Below the pieces are notes generated by a model. That model was not told where the DNA came from and did no database searches. It saw only the letters and a list, made by a program, of their open reading frames with translations. The position numbers were made by a program, and so were the translations under genes. This document shows, in pieces, positions 1 to 14,219 of a stretch of DNA of 64,000 nucleotides. The DNA comes from Octopus vulgaris (lineage: Eukaryota): NCBI GenBank assembly GCA_951406725.2, contig OX597814.1, positions 5,084,001 through 5,148,000 of the forward strand, given 5' to 3'. How positions within the stretch are numbered: position 1 is the stretch's first letter; each line of letters begins with the position of its first letter.

Positions 1-1363
1 GTGGGTGCTTTTTACATGCTACCGGCACGGGCCAGTCAGGTGGTACTGGTAATGACCTCGCTCGAATCTTTTTACACATGCCACCAGCACAGGTGCCAGT
101 AAGGTGACGTTGGTAACAATCACGCTCGAATCGTGCCCTTTTATGTGCCACTTGCACGGAAGCCAGTTGGCTGCTCTGGCAACGATCACGCTCGGATGGT
201 ACTCTTGGCTCCCTACTAGCACGGGCACAAGTGCCAGTAAGGCAGTGCTGGCAACGATCGCACTCGAATGGTGCCCTTTTATGTACCACTGGCACGGAAG
301 CCGGTTTCCTATATTTTCCAAGGACATAAGCACTCAATTCAGCTGACTACAGTTAGGAATTGGTGGCTTTCATTCCCACCTGTGACTGTCCCATTGTTTT
401 CTCAATGAACTCAGAACCACAATGTCTTATGTCTTCGTGTCTTTTTTTCAATTGGTAAGTTATTATTTAAGAGAGATTAGGCTGCTATTCTTAGCAGAGT
501 GGTGGTGCGTGGGGGGCAACTGCAAAAATGTTCTCTCGTTAGCTTGTTTGATTACCTGTTGCATCTGTTTCTTGTCACTTTCTGCGGTTATCCTAATAAC
601 TGGTGTCATTGACTGTAGAAAATTATTCTACTGTCAATTCAATGGTTGGTGTCATTGACAGCAGCAAATTGTTCAGCTGTCACTAAAGACTGGTGTCATT
701 GACTTTGGTTCATTTGTCCAGCTGTACATATTTTATATCCTTTTGTATGTTGGATATACAGATTTCATGAAGCAGGTTATAGACACAACTGTCTTCTTCG
801 CACAACATACTTCAAATTACTCCACTAAACATGATACTCCAATAAATACAAACTCTCAGACGACCTCAGCGACTCTTACGACTTTACTTGTCTCAACCAA
901 TATGTTACTTTTTATAAGAGTTCGGTTAGTCCATTCTTCCAATCCCACAGTGACTCTCACCACAACAGTGTGTAATGGCTATCATTCTTACAGTTGTATG
1001 TTAACTGATAAGAAATATCCACATCTAATCTATTTAGGTTTCTGATATAAAAAGATATTTAAAATTCTAAATATGCAACTTACTCTCACCAAATTAAATG
1101 TTCTAATTACTTAAACGGAAATCAAAACTATTGAAAAGGTTGCAAGATGCAACAAAAGTTTTAGGAAGATAAAAATAAGAAAAAAGTGGAAATTTTACCA
1201 GTGAGTGTGTTACATTATAAGGCACAAAAAAAGAATGACTCTCCCCAGACACAACAAAATATGCTTCAACACACGAACTCATATAAAGAATCTTGCATAC
1301 CAAATCCAAAAACGAAATAATTTTTCAAATCTGCAGCTATTTAATGTTGCATATTAAAGCTGC

Positions 1364-1412
<49 letters not shown>

Positions 1413-3238
1413 GTGGTTGAACTGATCAATGAACGGCAGTGATCAATAAATGAAAGGGGAGAACAGGAATGTATGAAGTTTATTGGGAATCACTTTAAAC
1501 TGTTGTGGCCAGGCAGGAGAGATCTGATGTCAACCTCAGTGGAGTGTATGGAGAGTGGTGCTGCTCTTTGGAGTGTCTTCTCTGTCTTCTCGGGTGGCCA
1601 ATACACGCTACCAGCCATCGTTAGGAAAGACAGCTCATTAGTGACATAGTGATTGAGTGTAAAGTTAACGCACGGTATTAGGAGTTCAGTCCTTGCTATG
1701 GCTGGTTATATACTCCATGCTGTGTTCGTGGTCGTTGCCAGTGTCACCTGACTGTCTCCCATGCCACTGGCACGTAAAAAGCCCCATTCAAGCATGGTTG
1801 ATGCCAGTGCTGCCGGACTGGCACGTTAAAAGCACCCACTATATTCTCGGAGTGGTTGGCATTAGGAAGGGCATCCAGCTGTAGAAACTTTGCCAGATCA
1901 GATTGGAGCCTGGTGCAGCCTCCTTGCTTCCAGACCCCAGTCGAACCATCCAACCCATGCCAGCATGGAAAGTGGATGTTAAATGATGATGATGATATAT
2001 ATATAGGCAATTATGCAGATAAACAAATCAGACACATCAAATATGTTGAATATAATAGAATTGGTATGAAATTCAAAATATGTGTATACATGCGAAATGA
2101 GAGAGAGAGAGAGAGCAAAAGATGGAGACTTTCAGATGATGAATTTCTGAATATAAAGATGTTTATGTAAACATGTCTACCTGACATAGAGTACAAACAA
2201 CAGGTAAAATTAAGGTGTTTTAAGCCCAACAGCAGTTTCTGTTAATGCAGAGAACTTCTCTGCATCATCATCATCATCATTGTTCGACCGTGGTCGAGAC
2301 AATGGAATTTACCATGCTACGACAGACTTCGCGGTCCATCATGGCATTACGGAGGTCCTGTTGCTGGATGCCTGTATCCCTGGAGATTACATCAGGGTAG
2401 GAGAGTGTGCACCCTCTGGTATCGCGAGCAGATGGCTTCCAGAGGAGAAGAGTAGAAATTACCTCTTTTTCAGCTCTACAACAATGTCCAGCAAACTGGA
2501 CTCTCCTACCTCGTCTGCATTAAGATCTGAACTCTGATGACGGAGGCTGATCTCATCCAGTGTTGTGATGAGCTCCATCAGCCAACATTATTACGAATCC
2601 CCAAGCAACCAGAAACGGCTGTTGCACTTGTAACACCTTTCTTCCACCCCTTTTAATTTTCTGTCGTTTGTGAAAGCTGGACCCATTGATCTATCTTCAT
2701 ATTTAGACTGAAAATTTCATCATCTGAGAGTCTCCACCTTTTGTTTTCTCTCAATTTGCATATATACACATCATCATCATCATCGTTTAACGTCCGCTTT
2801 CCATGCTAGCATGGGTTGGACGGTTCAACTGGGGTCTGGCAAGCCCGAAGGCTGCACCAGGCCCAGTCTGATCTGGCAGTGTTTCTACAGCTGGATGCCC
2901 TTCCTAACGCCAACCACTCCGAGAGTGTAGTGGGTGATTTTATGTGCCACCGACACAGGTGCCAGACGAGGCTGGCGAACACACATTTTGTATTTCATAT
3001 GCAAACTTTATATTTAACATATTTAATGTGTCTAATTTTTTTATCTGCATAATTGCCTCTATACCCGGTCAACTTGATCCCTCTTATAGCCATTCTTTTG
3101 AATCTATTGACCACTACTAAGGGTCTTCTAAATGAAGAATCCCTGGATCTAGTCTGCAGACCATATACATACATACATACATACATACATACATACATAC
3201 ATACATACACACACACATACAAACATACATACATACAT

Positions 3239-3318
<80 letters not shown>

Positions 3319-3557
3319 CATACATATAATAGAAATATTAAAATTACTAAGTCTCTCTAAAGGAGATTACGGCAGCGTTACTGGATATTAATAGTTATCG
3401 CCATACTAATATGGCAGTCTATAAATATAAGACTAAAGCTGTCGCTGATTAGCTCCAAGAGGCCATCGCCTCTAGCTAGCTATATGACACACGAACCTGC
3501 GTCCATTACAACCTTCGAACAGGGGAGGTCAGCCGCTTCACCTTGCTAGTCAGACAT

Positions 3558-3598
3558 CTGCAGACATGTTTCAGGGTTGTTGCCCTTTATCAATGCAG
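3558..3598 (-). ncRNA. Degenerate minimal hammerhead motif in a Penelope-type terminal repeat (repeat ~3390-3600)
   Basis: Minus strand: CUGCA-UUGAUAA-AGGG caacaa CCCU-GAA-ACAUGU-C-UGCAG. Stems I, II and III are all paired, triplet GUC, two core substitutions. Confidence 0.55.
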
Positions 3599-4129
3599 CG
3601 TATATATATATGTATTTTAAAAATTTATTGGCAGGAGAAAAGCACAATGTGCTTAAGCCATGTAAAAAAAAAAAGAGAAAAAAAACAGTCATCGATATAT
3701 ACAATTATATACTAATCGCCACAGTTGTCCAGGTTAGATATATATATGCATACATACATATATCACGTGACTGACCAAACCATCAGATGTTATTACACAT
3801 CGCTGGTCACAATGCGTTCACATTGTTTTAGCCTTTGAATGACGCCACCCCGCTGGCTAAGCGAGCAGTCCGACAGAAGAAAGAGTGGTGAAAGAGTACA
3901 GCAGGGATCACCACCCCCTGCCGGAGTGTCGTGGAGGTTTTAGGTGTTTTCGCTCTCTAAACACTCACAATGCCCGGTCTGGGAATCGAAATTGCGATCC
4001 TACGACCACGAGTCCGCTGCCCTAACCACTGGGCCATTGCGCCTCAGATACATATATATGCAGGTATATTGGGTTGATGCCTAATTATTGCAGCTTTTTT
4101 TCAACAAATTTTCTATTCAGCAAAAACAA

Positions 4130-4415
4130 TAACAGCATCATTTCACGCTGGGAGTTGCTGAAGCATGGAACAAACTGCTGGCATCAGTTGTTAGTTGTCA
4201 GAGCACTGCATCCTTCAAGACTTCCATGCTTCCTGAGATTCGCCAACACTACACCTGATTTTCTCCCCTCCATACACACTCAAGCATGTATCTGACTCAT
4301 GCATTGTTCGCTTTCCAGACATTTGTACATTACTGCATGTACTTTATACGCACTTTCTGACAAGTTGTGGTGCACCTGAGCACTGTATACAATAATTTCA
4401 TTATATTATATTATA
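4130..4415 (+). mobile_element. CR1 LINE 3' fragment (related subfamily)
   Basis: gagttgctgaagcatggaacaaactgc...ggtgcacctgagcactgtatacaataatttcattat is shared with the other CR1 copies. Confidence 0.8.
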
Positions 4416-5074
4416 AACCTTTGGGAGTGGATTTGGTAAACGGAAACTGAAAGAAGCCTGTTGTATCATCATCATCGTTTAACATCTGTTTTCTATCCTG
4501 GCATGTGTTGGACGGTTTGACTGAAGTCTGGTGAGCCAGATGGCTGCACCAGGCCCCAGTCTGTTCTGGCAGTGTTTCTACAGCTGGATGCTCTTCCTAA
4601 CGCCAACCACTCTGAGAGTGTAGTAGGTGTTTTTTCAGCTTTTTATGTGCCACCGGCACAGGAAGCCAGTCAGGCAGACCTGGCATCAATCTGGTGGTGG
4701 TGGTGGTGGTGGTAGTGGTGGTGGTGGGGGCATTTACCTGACACCAGTATCTGCTGCCATTTGACTAAAATTGTTCAGGGCAGTGCTCCAGCGGGGCTGC
4801 ATTTTAATGTCTTTCCTTCCCTGCCATTCCTGTCTGTGGTCTGTTCAATCTATCTGTTGACTGCAAATGCAGCAGCAGCAGCCATGGCAGCAGCAGCAGC
4901 AGTTGTGCAACCACTTTTGGATGCTGAAGTGATGATGTGTCTTTGATTTCCTTTGCTTGTTGTTGTTGTTTGTCTTCCTTCTGCAGTTTGTGGTTGCATG
5001 CGTTTCTGTTGGTGGAGTAAAAACATGCATACGCACTTGCACACCACAGAGATGCACATGTGTCTGTAGGCATG

Positions 5075-5502
5075 TGCATACATACACACATACACACATA
5101 CACACATACACACATACACACATACGTACACACATACGTACACACATACTTACACACATACTTACACACATACTTACACACATACTTACACACATACATA
5201 CACACATACACACATACACACATACATACACACACACATACATACATACACACATACTTACACACATACATACACACATACTTACACACATACTTACACA
5301 CATACATACACACATACATACACACACACACACACACATACATACACACATACATACACACACATACATACATACACACTTACATATATAGACACACACA
5401 TACACACACACTTACATATATACACACATACATCATAATACATACTGACACATTATCCTTTACATACCACATCATACACATACATAGCAACAAACATACA
5501 TC

Positions 5503-5533
<31 letters not shown>

Positions 5534-5550
5534 ACACACACACACACGCC
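5075..5550. repeat. Compound (CA)n/(TACA)n/(CACACATACTTA)n micro/minisatellite
   Basis: Direct inspection. Similar arrays at 3165-3317, 7035-7220 and 42300-42563. Confidence 0.95.
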
Positions 5551-6600
5551 ATCCCATACCAATACACATTAAAGTTGTTCCTTTCCTTCTTTCTTTTTAC
5601 TGATTCAACCAATCATTTTGCAGAGAGAGTTAAACAAAAAAAGGACCCCAAATGGTTCCCCATTTCCTGACTTGTCTCTAAAAAGGTTTCCAATAATAGT
5701 TTTCCTCTCCTTCAGTATTTCTTTTTATATTTGAACATCACGTGTGGCCTAGTGATTAAGGTATCACCCTCGCAATTATGAGATTGAGTTCAATTCCCGG
5801 ACCAGGCATCCTCTTGTGTTCTTGAGCTAAACTTTTCATTTTGCATTATTACTCTAGCGCTGTGTGGCAAGCCAAAGAACAGACCCAGCGCTTACTCTGC
5901 ATCTGGTAAAAGGTGACTAAAAGAGATTGAGGTAGGAATTACATTCCAGCCTCATTAAACCCTCATCAGCAACGACTACCCAAGCAGCCCCATGGGTTGG
6001 AGGGTTATCACCTGAATGATGCAGACGTGTCATCTGCCAGGATTAGTAGAGAATCACCAAGAAATGGGGTGTGTCTCCCTATAGCACATTCCCCCATACT
6101 ACTACTACTACTACTACTACTACAGGGGTCTCCAAGGTGGTTGATATTCAAGGGTTCGATAAATGCCTGGAAACCACACATCTACTATATTCTTATTTAT
6201 CTATTTTCTTGCGCATGCCTGGGGAGTGGGGGGGGGTTCGATGAGGAATCAAGGATTCCATGATGGGGTCGATGGTCTAAAAAGTTCGGGGTCCCCTGTA
6301 CTACTACATCTTGTATTATATTAACACCACATATTGATGCCAGGGTACATTTTTTTGTCGGGGTGGGAAGTAAGTGTAAGCGATCATATCAAGTCCAGAA
6401 AGATAAAAGGCAAAATTGCCCTCGGCTGGCTTTGAACTCAGCACCTCAAGACAACTGCCTCCAGCGAGGCATTTTGCCTGCTACTTCTCTGACCTAACAT
6501 TACATCTTTATATCAAACATGACATCTTGCCAAATATTCATTCGTCTGTTGGGAGTTTCTTTGAGATTCAATAACAAAACAAAATAAAGTTGGAAAGCAT

Positions 6601-6766
6601 AGGCGCAGGAGTGGCTGTGTGGTAAGTAGCTTGCTAACCAACCACATGGTTGCGGGTTCAGTCCCACTGCGTAGCACCTTGGGCAAGTGTCTTCTGCTAT
6701 AGCCCTGGGCCGACCAATGCCTTGTGAGTGGATTTGGTAGACGGAAACTGGAAGAAGCCTGTCGTA

Positions 6767-6823
<57 letters not shown>

Positions 6824-7033
6824 TTGTGTGTCTGTGTTTGTCCCCCTAGCATTGCTTGACAATTGATGCTGGTGTGTTTACGTCCCCGTCATTTAGCGGT
6901 TCGGCAAAAAGAGACCAATAGAATAAGTACTGGGCTTACAAAGAATGAGTCCCGGGGTCGATTTGCTCGACTAAAGGTGGTGCTCCAGCATGGCCACAGT
7001 CAAATGACTGAAACAAGTAAAAGAGTAAAGAGT
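6601..7033 (+). mobile_element. tRNA-derived SINE family B, full length, with internal (TA)n. Other copies: 10153-10600+, 16415-16665-, 18630-19036+, 30825-30975+, 31160-31537-, 31595-31770+, 31890-32127-, 32435-32823-, 36330-36645-
   Basis: A box TGGCTGTGTGGTAAG, B box GGTTCAGTCCC, CORE-like CCTTGGGCAAGT and conserved tail CAGCATGGCCGCAGTCAAATGACTGAAACAAGTAAAAGAG. Confidence 0.88.
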
Positions 7034-7034
7034 A

Positions 7035-7076
<42 letters not shown>

Positions 7077-7126
7077 TGCATATATATATATTATAAATGC
7101 ATGCATATATATATATATATAAATGA

Positions 7127-7160
<34 letters not shown>

Positions 7161-8164
7161 AATGCATGTATATAAATATACATGCATATATATATATATA
7201 TAAATGCATGCATATATATAAGTGTGTGTGTCTGTGCTTATGCATACATATAACATACACGCCAATGTAAAGGGTGGGTGTATGAGTGTGGTTATTTGAT
7301 CACCACTTTAACGGTCCATGGGGCCTCTTTAGAAATGTCTCTCACAGATAAACGAGTTAGTTTCATTAGTTTTATTTGCGGTATTTTATATATTTTGGTT
7401 GAAATCTTCAGAGGAAATTGGAACTTTTAGAAGTCTTTCATGTTTTGTGCAGTGGAAAGAATTTATTTCCATGAGAGCTGATAATATGTTTAGTATTTGT
7501 TAGATTGCAATGTGGAGTTTATTGGTGGTGCCGGCAGATGTTGGGTAAGGCTTGGGGATGGAGTTAATCTTTGAGTTTTGTTGGCTGAAGGGTAGTGGCG
7601 GAGAGAGAGGGAATACATAAGGAAAGGAGTCCCTTAGGGTTTGAAGTTTTTATGTAGGAAACGAAATGATTCTGACAGTATAACGGGCAGCACCAATAGA
7701 CAGAGAGATTGATGAGTAGAGTGGAGGATATTGTAAGAGGACGCCATGTGAAAATATTACTTTGTTTGTCAACTGGTTGGGGGGTGGGGTGATGACAAGG
7801 ACGTCCAGCTGTAGAAATTGTCCTAATTGAATTTTGTCTGACCCATGCCAGCACGAAAAATGATGGTGATATGCAGAGTAGCTTTTTCTTTAATAATAGT
7901 TGGTGTTTTTCCTTAGCAAAGGAAGAGGTATTGTTTTTAATCGTGTTTGTTTGTTTGTCCCCGGACAAGAATTCAGATGAAACTTTCAGGGATGTTTGGC
8001 CTCATGACTGGCAGGAGCTGATCAGATTTTGGGATCGATCTGGTACTGGACAAGGATTCTGGATTATTTTTCCTGTTTTTCTACTCAATTTTTGAGAGTG
8101 GTCAGGTTCGTTTTTAGTATTCTCATTTGTGAGAGTAATCGAGTTTATTTCAGATATTCTCATT

Positions 8165-8460
8165 TTAATAATAATAATAATAATAATAAACATTGTGTAC
8201 AGTGCTCAGGTGCACTACAACTCATCTAAAGTGCATATATAATCAGGTGTAGTTTCGACGGATTTCGGAAAGCATGAGGGCCTTAAAGGATGCAGTGTCA
8301 TGGCAGTCAACAACTGATGCAGGCAGTTTATTCCATGCTTCAGCAACTCTGAGCGTGAAGAAATGTTTCCGAAAGTCATGGGAGCTGTGTTGTTTTCTGA
8401 CCTTGTAGGCATGTCCAAATGTGTTAGACACATGGAGATCAAAAAGGTGTTCAGTGTTAA
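8165..8460 (-). mobile_element. CR1 LINE 3' fragment (near-identical to 52078-52360)
   Basis: HAYKVRKQHSSHDFRKHFFTLRVAEAWNKLP; same 3'UTR and microsatellite tail. Confidence 0.9.
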
Positions 8461-9678
8461 AACTCATCTCTGGCTAATCATTAAGAAGATGTTGGTGTTG
8501 CCTTGGCAGGGGTTTGTGCTCTCTGAGTGCTCTTGTTCCTATTTATTTTTTGCCCCCTTGTTTCATCTGCAGTGTGTCCTAAGAATGTGAATTTCAACCT
8601 CCAAATTAGCTTTATTTGTCGCTGAAAATAAACTTGCCGCCATTAGAGGAGAAGAATTTGAAGAGAACATTCTAGAATCTCTCAAATTAGGGGTAAACAA
8701 GGAATTACTGTCAGAGTAATTACAAGATTTCTTGGAATCTATTCTAAATGGCATCAGTCGTAGGGTGGGGGTTATTAGTAATTTAGTCAGATGGAAATTG
8801 TGTAGGTTACTGGTGTCCGTGGCCATTTTCGGTCACCCAGCACTGGTGTTGTTGACGCTCCATTGGAATATCTATAGAAGATAATTGTTAAAAGTATGTA
8901 GAAGTAACAAGAATGTGGCAGTCGTAGCAGTTCCAAAGGAGGAATTTGAAATTCTGCTACTAATTCTTCTGACTTGCTTCAAAATAAATATATTTCTGAT
9001 TCTATTCTTGTTACACATAAGTATTTCTGTAAGCATCAATATATTTATGGTTTGTAGATTTTGTTAACTCATTAAATAAAAAAATGTAACATTGAAAAAT
9101 GTGAAATTAACCCCAAAATAGATTTCTGACTCTCCAGACAGTTTCTTGTTGGCTGGGAATTTAGTTAACTACTTTATCTTCACATCATAGACTAATTCCT
9201 TACAGAGACCCCTTCTCCACGTTAAACCAAAGTCAGGCTGTCTTTATATAAACTCACTTCTATCTAATATTTGCATAAAACTTCATTTTATCTTGAGTCA
9301 TGCTTGAATAAGTAGTTCAGTTGGTCAACTATTAAACAACAACAACAACAACACTGATACAAAACCAGTTTTACGACTTTTCTTTCTCAGTTGGTCCCCC
9401 CCCCCTATTTAGTCATTTCTTCTCTTAGTTACTTACTAGCAACACTACTGTCTCACACTGAACCACTGGATTGTATTGCAGCTTATTAACAATTAGACTT
9501 TAACCTATTTCCTATGGTTTCCCCTCAACAGGTCACAGCAATGTTTTGACCTAGAATTTGGGATGCAGCAAGGATTTTGAAATGCTCAAACCTGGGTCCT
9601 AACTCTACAAGCCGACTTTTATTTTCCATAATTTGCTAAAAAACAATACTTGTGTGTGTGTGTGCACTCGCGCGCTTG

Positions 9679-9712
<34 letters not shown>

Positions 9713-9802
9713 GTTAATCCAAACAAGAAAACACAAAAAAACACAGCAGCGCGAGGACGTGGAACAAATATAGTATTATTGGACGCTCAGGGAAGAAGGA
9801 GG

Positions 9803-9837
9803 GTTTAACGTTTCGAGCGGAGCTCTTCGTCTGAAAC
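9803..9837 (-). ncRNA. Hammerhead-like motif variant in a Penelope-type terminal repeat
   Basis: Minus strand: GUUU-CAGACGA-A-GAGC ucc GCUC-GAAACGU-U-AAAC. Confidence 0.5.
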
Positions 9838-9942
9838 ATAGGAGAAGGAAAGATCCAGAGAAGGGAAGACAGAGATATATATATATATATATGTATATTT
9901 TTTTTTTTCTCCTTTTTTTCTCTCCTTGTTTTTTCTGTGTCC

Positions 9943-9978
9943 CTTTCTGTAGAAGAGCGTAGGCTTGAAACGTAAAAG
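9943..9978 (+). ncRNA. Hammerhead-like motif variant in a Penelope-type terminal repeat
   Basis: CUUU-CUGUAGA-A-GAGC guag GCUU-GAAACGU-A-AAAG. Confidence 0.5.
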
Positions 9979-10092
9979 ACTTTTTCTATTCCTGAGCATT
10001 ATACTAATACATCTGTTTGTTTTGTACACCAACTGTCTTCGTCTTTTGTTTTTTTTTATAAACTCTTCCTATATATATATATATATATACAC

Positions 10093-10129
<37 letters not shown>

Positions 10130-10475
10130 TGTTGTGTAACTAAATATATATACATGGCTGTGTGGTGAGAGGTTTGCTTCCTGATCACATGGTTCTGGGT
10201 TCAGTCCCACTGTGTGGTGCCTTGGGCGAGTGTCTTCTACTATAGCCTTGGGCCAACAAAAACCTTGCAAGTTGATTTGGTTTATGGAAACTGAAAGAAT
10301 CCTGTTGTGTGTGTGTGTGTATTTGTCCTCTGTCCCCCCACCACCACTAAACAATTGGTGTTGGTGTGTTTACATCCCTGTAACTTAGTGATTCAGCAAA
10401 AGAGACTGATAGAATAAGTACTAGACTTTAAAAACAAAAATGTCCTGGAGTCAATTTGTTCAACTAAAACCCTGC

Positions 10476-10582
10476 ATGGCAGTGCCCCAGCATGGCAGTG
10501 CTCCAGCATTGCAGTGCCCCAGCATGGCAGTGCCCCATGGCAGTGCCCCAGCATGGCAGTGCCCCAGCATGGCAGTGCCCCA
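10476..10582. repeat. 16-bp tandem repeat (CATGGCAGTGCCCCAG)n expanded inside a SINE tail
   Basis: About 7 copies of a motif present once in other family-B tails. Confidence 0.88.
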
Positions 10583-11334
10583 GTATGGCTGCAGTCTAAT
10601 GACTTGGAATGTTGGGCCTCACAGAAGCAAAGTGGCTGAGTTGTTTTTGAGTGTTTGGCCTCATGGAGGTGAGGTGACAGAGTCCCTTTCAAGCATGCTT
10701 CATGGAGGCATGGTACTGAGCTCCTTTTGAGTGTTTGGCCTCACGGAGGCAATGACCGAGACCTTTGGCATTATGTCGTGCTTGAGAAGAAGACTCACCG
10801 AACCATGCCAAATTGCCTTCATGGCAGATACAAATGGCACCCATGCTGGTGACACGTAAAAGCACCCAATTACACTCTTGGAATGGTTGGCATTAGGAAG
10901 GGCATCCAGCTGTAAAAAAACCATGCGAAATCAGACTGGAGCCCAGGACAGCCTTCCAGCATGCTAGCATGGACAATGGATGTTAAATGATGATGATGAT
11001 GATAATACACACACACACACACAAGTGCCTGGACAGATGAAAGTAGCACTCAAAATGCATTTAGCTGCAGTTATAAGTATCTAATAACAGGTTGACTCAG
11101 CTCTATATTTTTTACAGTTTTGTGAACACCTGACACATTCGTATCCTCAGGTGGACGGGGCCCATCAGGTATCCTTTATATATTCTGCCAGCAGAAGTGC
11201 TGGTATGCCAGACAAAATGCTTCACACCATTTCATCTGTCTTTATGTTGTCAGTTCAAATTCTGTCAAGGTCAGCTTTGCCTTTTGTTGTTTTGGGACCC
11301 ATAAAATGAAGTACCAACTACATACTGTAGCGGA

Positions 11335-11335
<1 letters not shown>

Positions 11336-11413
<78 letters not shown>
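11336..11413. repeat. 78-nt poly-C homopolymer
   Basis: Direct inspection. Confidence 0.95.
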
Positions 11414-11415
<2 letters not shown>

Positions 11416-14219
11416 CTAGTATAGAAAGGGTTATTTTAGGTACCGGCAGGGCTGTATGGTGAAAAGTTTGCCTCCCAATCACATGGCCCTGGGTTCAGTC
11501 CCACTGCATGGAACCTTCACCTATAAGCCTTGGACTGGTCAAAACCTTGCGAGTGGATTTGGTAGAGGGAAACTGAAAGAAGCCTATTGTGTATGAATGC
11601 TTGAAATGAGGAAAGGTCCTTTCTCTATGTTTACTTGTCCTGTTTTCTATTTTTTCTCGTTGTTTACATATTTAACTTGTTTGTTTACATGTTTCATGTT
11701 ATTTGTACCATTGGTGACGTCCTGTACCCATATATGCATGAATATATATATATATATATGTATTATATATTAATGATTTATTATGTATGTGTGTGTGTGT
11801 GTGTGTGTATGTATATATATATATTGTCAGTGAACAGGTCATGGTCTCAATGCGATGAAAATATTTTGGCAAATTAAATTTAAATGTTGAATTGAATCTA
11901 ACGGTTTTTGTGTGTTTCTTAAATGGCTTATAAACACCTTCCATGCTGAAATTGTATATATAAGCACCAACTGATCATGGCCGTTGCCAGCCTCCTCTGC
12001 TCCTGTGCCGGTGACATGTAAAAAGCACCCACTACACTCTCGGAGTGGTTGGCATTAGAAAGGGCATCCAGCTGTAGAAACATTACCAGATCAGATGGGA
12101 GCCTGGTGCAGCCTCCTGGCTTGCCATTCTCCAGTCAAACCGTCCAACCCGTGCTAGCATGGAAAACGGACGTTAAACAATAATGATGATATATATAAAT
12201 AAGTTAAGTAAAATTGCTGTCTTCCACACATACAGGCTTGTACTTTCAGATGCTGGTGCCACATAAAAAGCACCTCGCACACTCTGTAAAGTGGTTGGCA
12301 TGTTAGGAAGGGCATCCAGCTGTAGAAACCATGCCACAACAGACAAGTGGAGACTGGATAGCTCACAGCTAGCCAGCTCCATCTCAAGCTGTCCAACCCA
12401 TGCCAGCTTGGAAAGTGGACGTTAAATGATGAAGACAATGATATGTGTGTGTGTGTGTGTTTGTTTATGTCCCTGTAATGTAGCAGCTTGGCAAAAGAGA
12501 CTGATAGAAAAAGTATCAGGCTTTAGGATAATAAGTCCTAGGGTCAATTTGAACATAGTGCCCCAGCATGGCCACAGTCTGAGTGTCGACCTGACTGGCT
12601 TCTGTGTCTGTGGCATGTAAAAAGCACCAACCAATCGTGGCCGCTCCCAGCCTCTCCTGGCACGTAAAAAGCACCCACAACACTCTCGGAGTGGTTGGAG
12701 TTAGGAAGGGCATCCAGCTGTAGAAACAGTGCCAGATCGGACTGGAGCCTGGTGCAGCCTTCTAGTTTCCCAGACCCTGGTCAAACCGTCCATCCCATGC
12801 TAGCATGGAAAACGGACGTTAAACAACGATGATGATGATGATGATATATATACATAGTTGTGTATATATACACACACTGGGAGAGGAATGTCATTCTTTG
12901 AGTATTTCTTACACACAACCTCTTTGTGTCCTTGTTACTCACTCGTCTACTTGGGTCACTCGTTATTCATTAATACTTATTACTCCCCCTCCCCCCTCCC
13001 GTTTGAGATTAAAATGGGCCAATGGTAGTAAGCTCTCCTTCCTGTCCCGGCTGTCACCATCCCATCTCACACTCCACCATCATACTCTTACTCCCGTTGT
13101 CCCAAACATCCCAGGTCTCCATCATTATTACTTAACCCCACCATGACCACCACCGTCGTCTCAGAACGGGGAACCCCCGTCCCCCCCATCCTTCCTGCTG
13201 CCGTCTTTCCTGCCTCTCACTCTGTAAAGAAGCTGGCCAGTGAGTGGACATGGAGTATAAAGTCTTTCTGGACACGTTTACCTTTCTAGTGTTTGCACCT
13301 GTCAAAAAAAACATCCAGTGAAGTGGTTGGTATTAGGAGGCCACCCTGCCAGAGGGAGGCTTTCAGACATGCGCTGGCTCTGGTCACCGCAACCTGGTCT
13401 CAACCAACCCATGACGGAATGGAAAGCGGATGTAAAATCATGGCGTGTATGCATTTTTATCTGGGTGTGTGTATAGAGATGGGGAGAGAGAGGGAGAGAG
13501 AATGGTTGCCCAGTCATGGAGCGGTTTCATATTTTAGCACAAGGCCAGCAATTTCAGGGGAGGGGATAAGTCAGTCACATCAACCCCAGTGGTCAATTGG
13601 TACTTACGTTATTGACCCCGGAGAGATGAACGGTAAAGACAGCCAAACATGCTGCAAAGCATTTTGCCCCCACCTGGTAACCACTCTGCCAGCTCACCAC
13701 CTCACCTCCTCTTCTCTCCTCTCTCTCCGGTCGTATATTACAAAAGTGAAGGTGTGTGTATTTGTGTGCGTGTGTGGGTGTATACATACAGGAATGTCAT
13801 TTCCCACAATGTAGAAGTGTGTGTGTGTAAAGGAATGTCATTCCTCATTCATAAACAACATTGAGGTGTGTACATTTGGAAAGGGGTCGCTTTATCAGTT
13901 ATGTTTTCTCCTTTTGTTTTGATCTTAAATGTCTCTTTTATTTGATTCTGTCGTTTATCTTGTTAGTTGACAATGTCTTCTGTCTTAGCACTTGAGATGT
14001 CGTCTGTTGTCTTACAAAATACTTTTTATCATGAGCAAGCTTTCAGCCTTGACCAAACTTTCAGCCTTGACCAAACTTTCACTGAACAAATACAGAGGCA
14101 TACTTCTAACTGAAGCTGTGATTATTGTACTTTATAGTTGTTATTCCAAAGCCTTCCAGCCATGATCATCCCATCGCTTTGTTTTCAGGTTTTGTGTATC
14201 TGATGCAGCCTTAGTTCAT

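Noticed and set aside
1165-1200. Possible micro-exon EDKNKKKVEILP with GTGAGT donor
   Set aside because: Poor acceptor context and phase incompatible with exon 29610.
4804-5572. Long ORFs rich in CV/YV/HT dipeptides (also near 2995-3391, 7000-7265, 42287-42582)
   Set aside because: Translations of microsatellites.
7320-7400. Minus-strand 'ICERHF' resembling a THAP motif
   Set aside because: Immediately followed by a stop with no other THAP residues; probably a decayed repeat.
11118-11168. Possible exon FCEHLTHSYPQVDGAHQ after TTTTTTACAG
   Set aside because: Weak donor, wrong phase for the PX exon and no convincing similarity.
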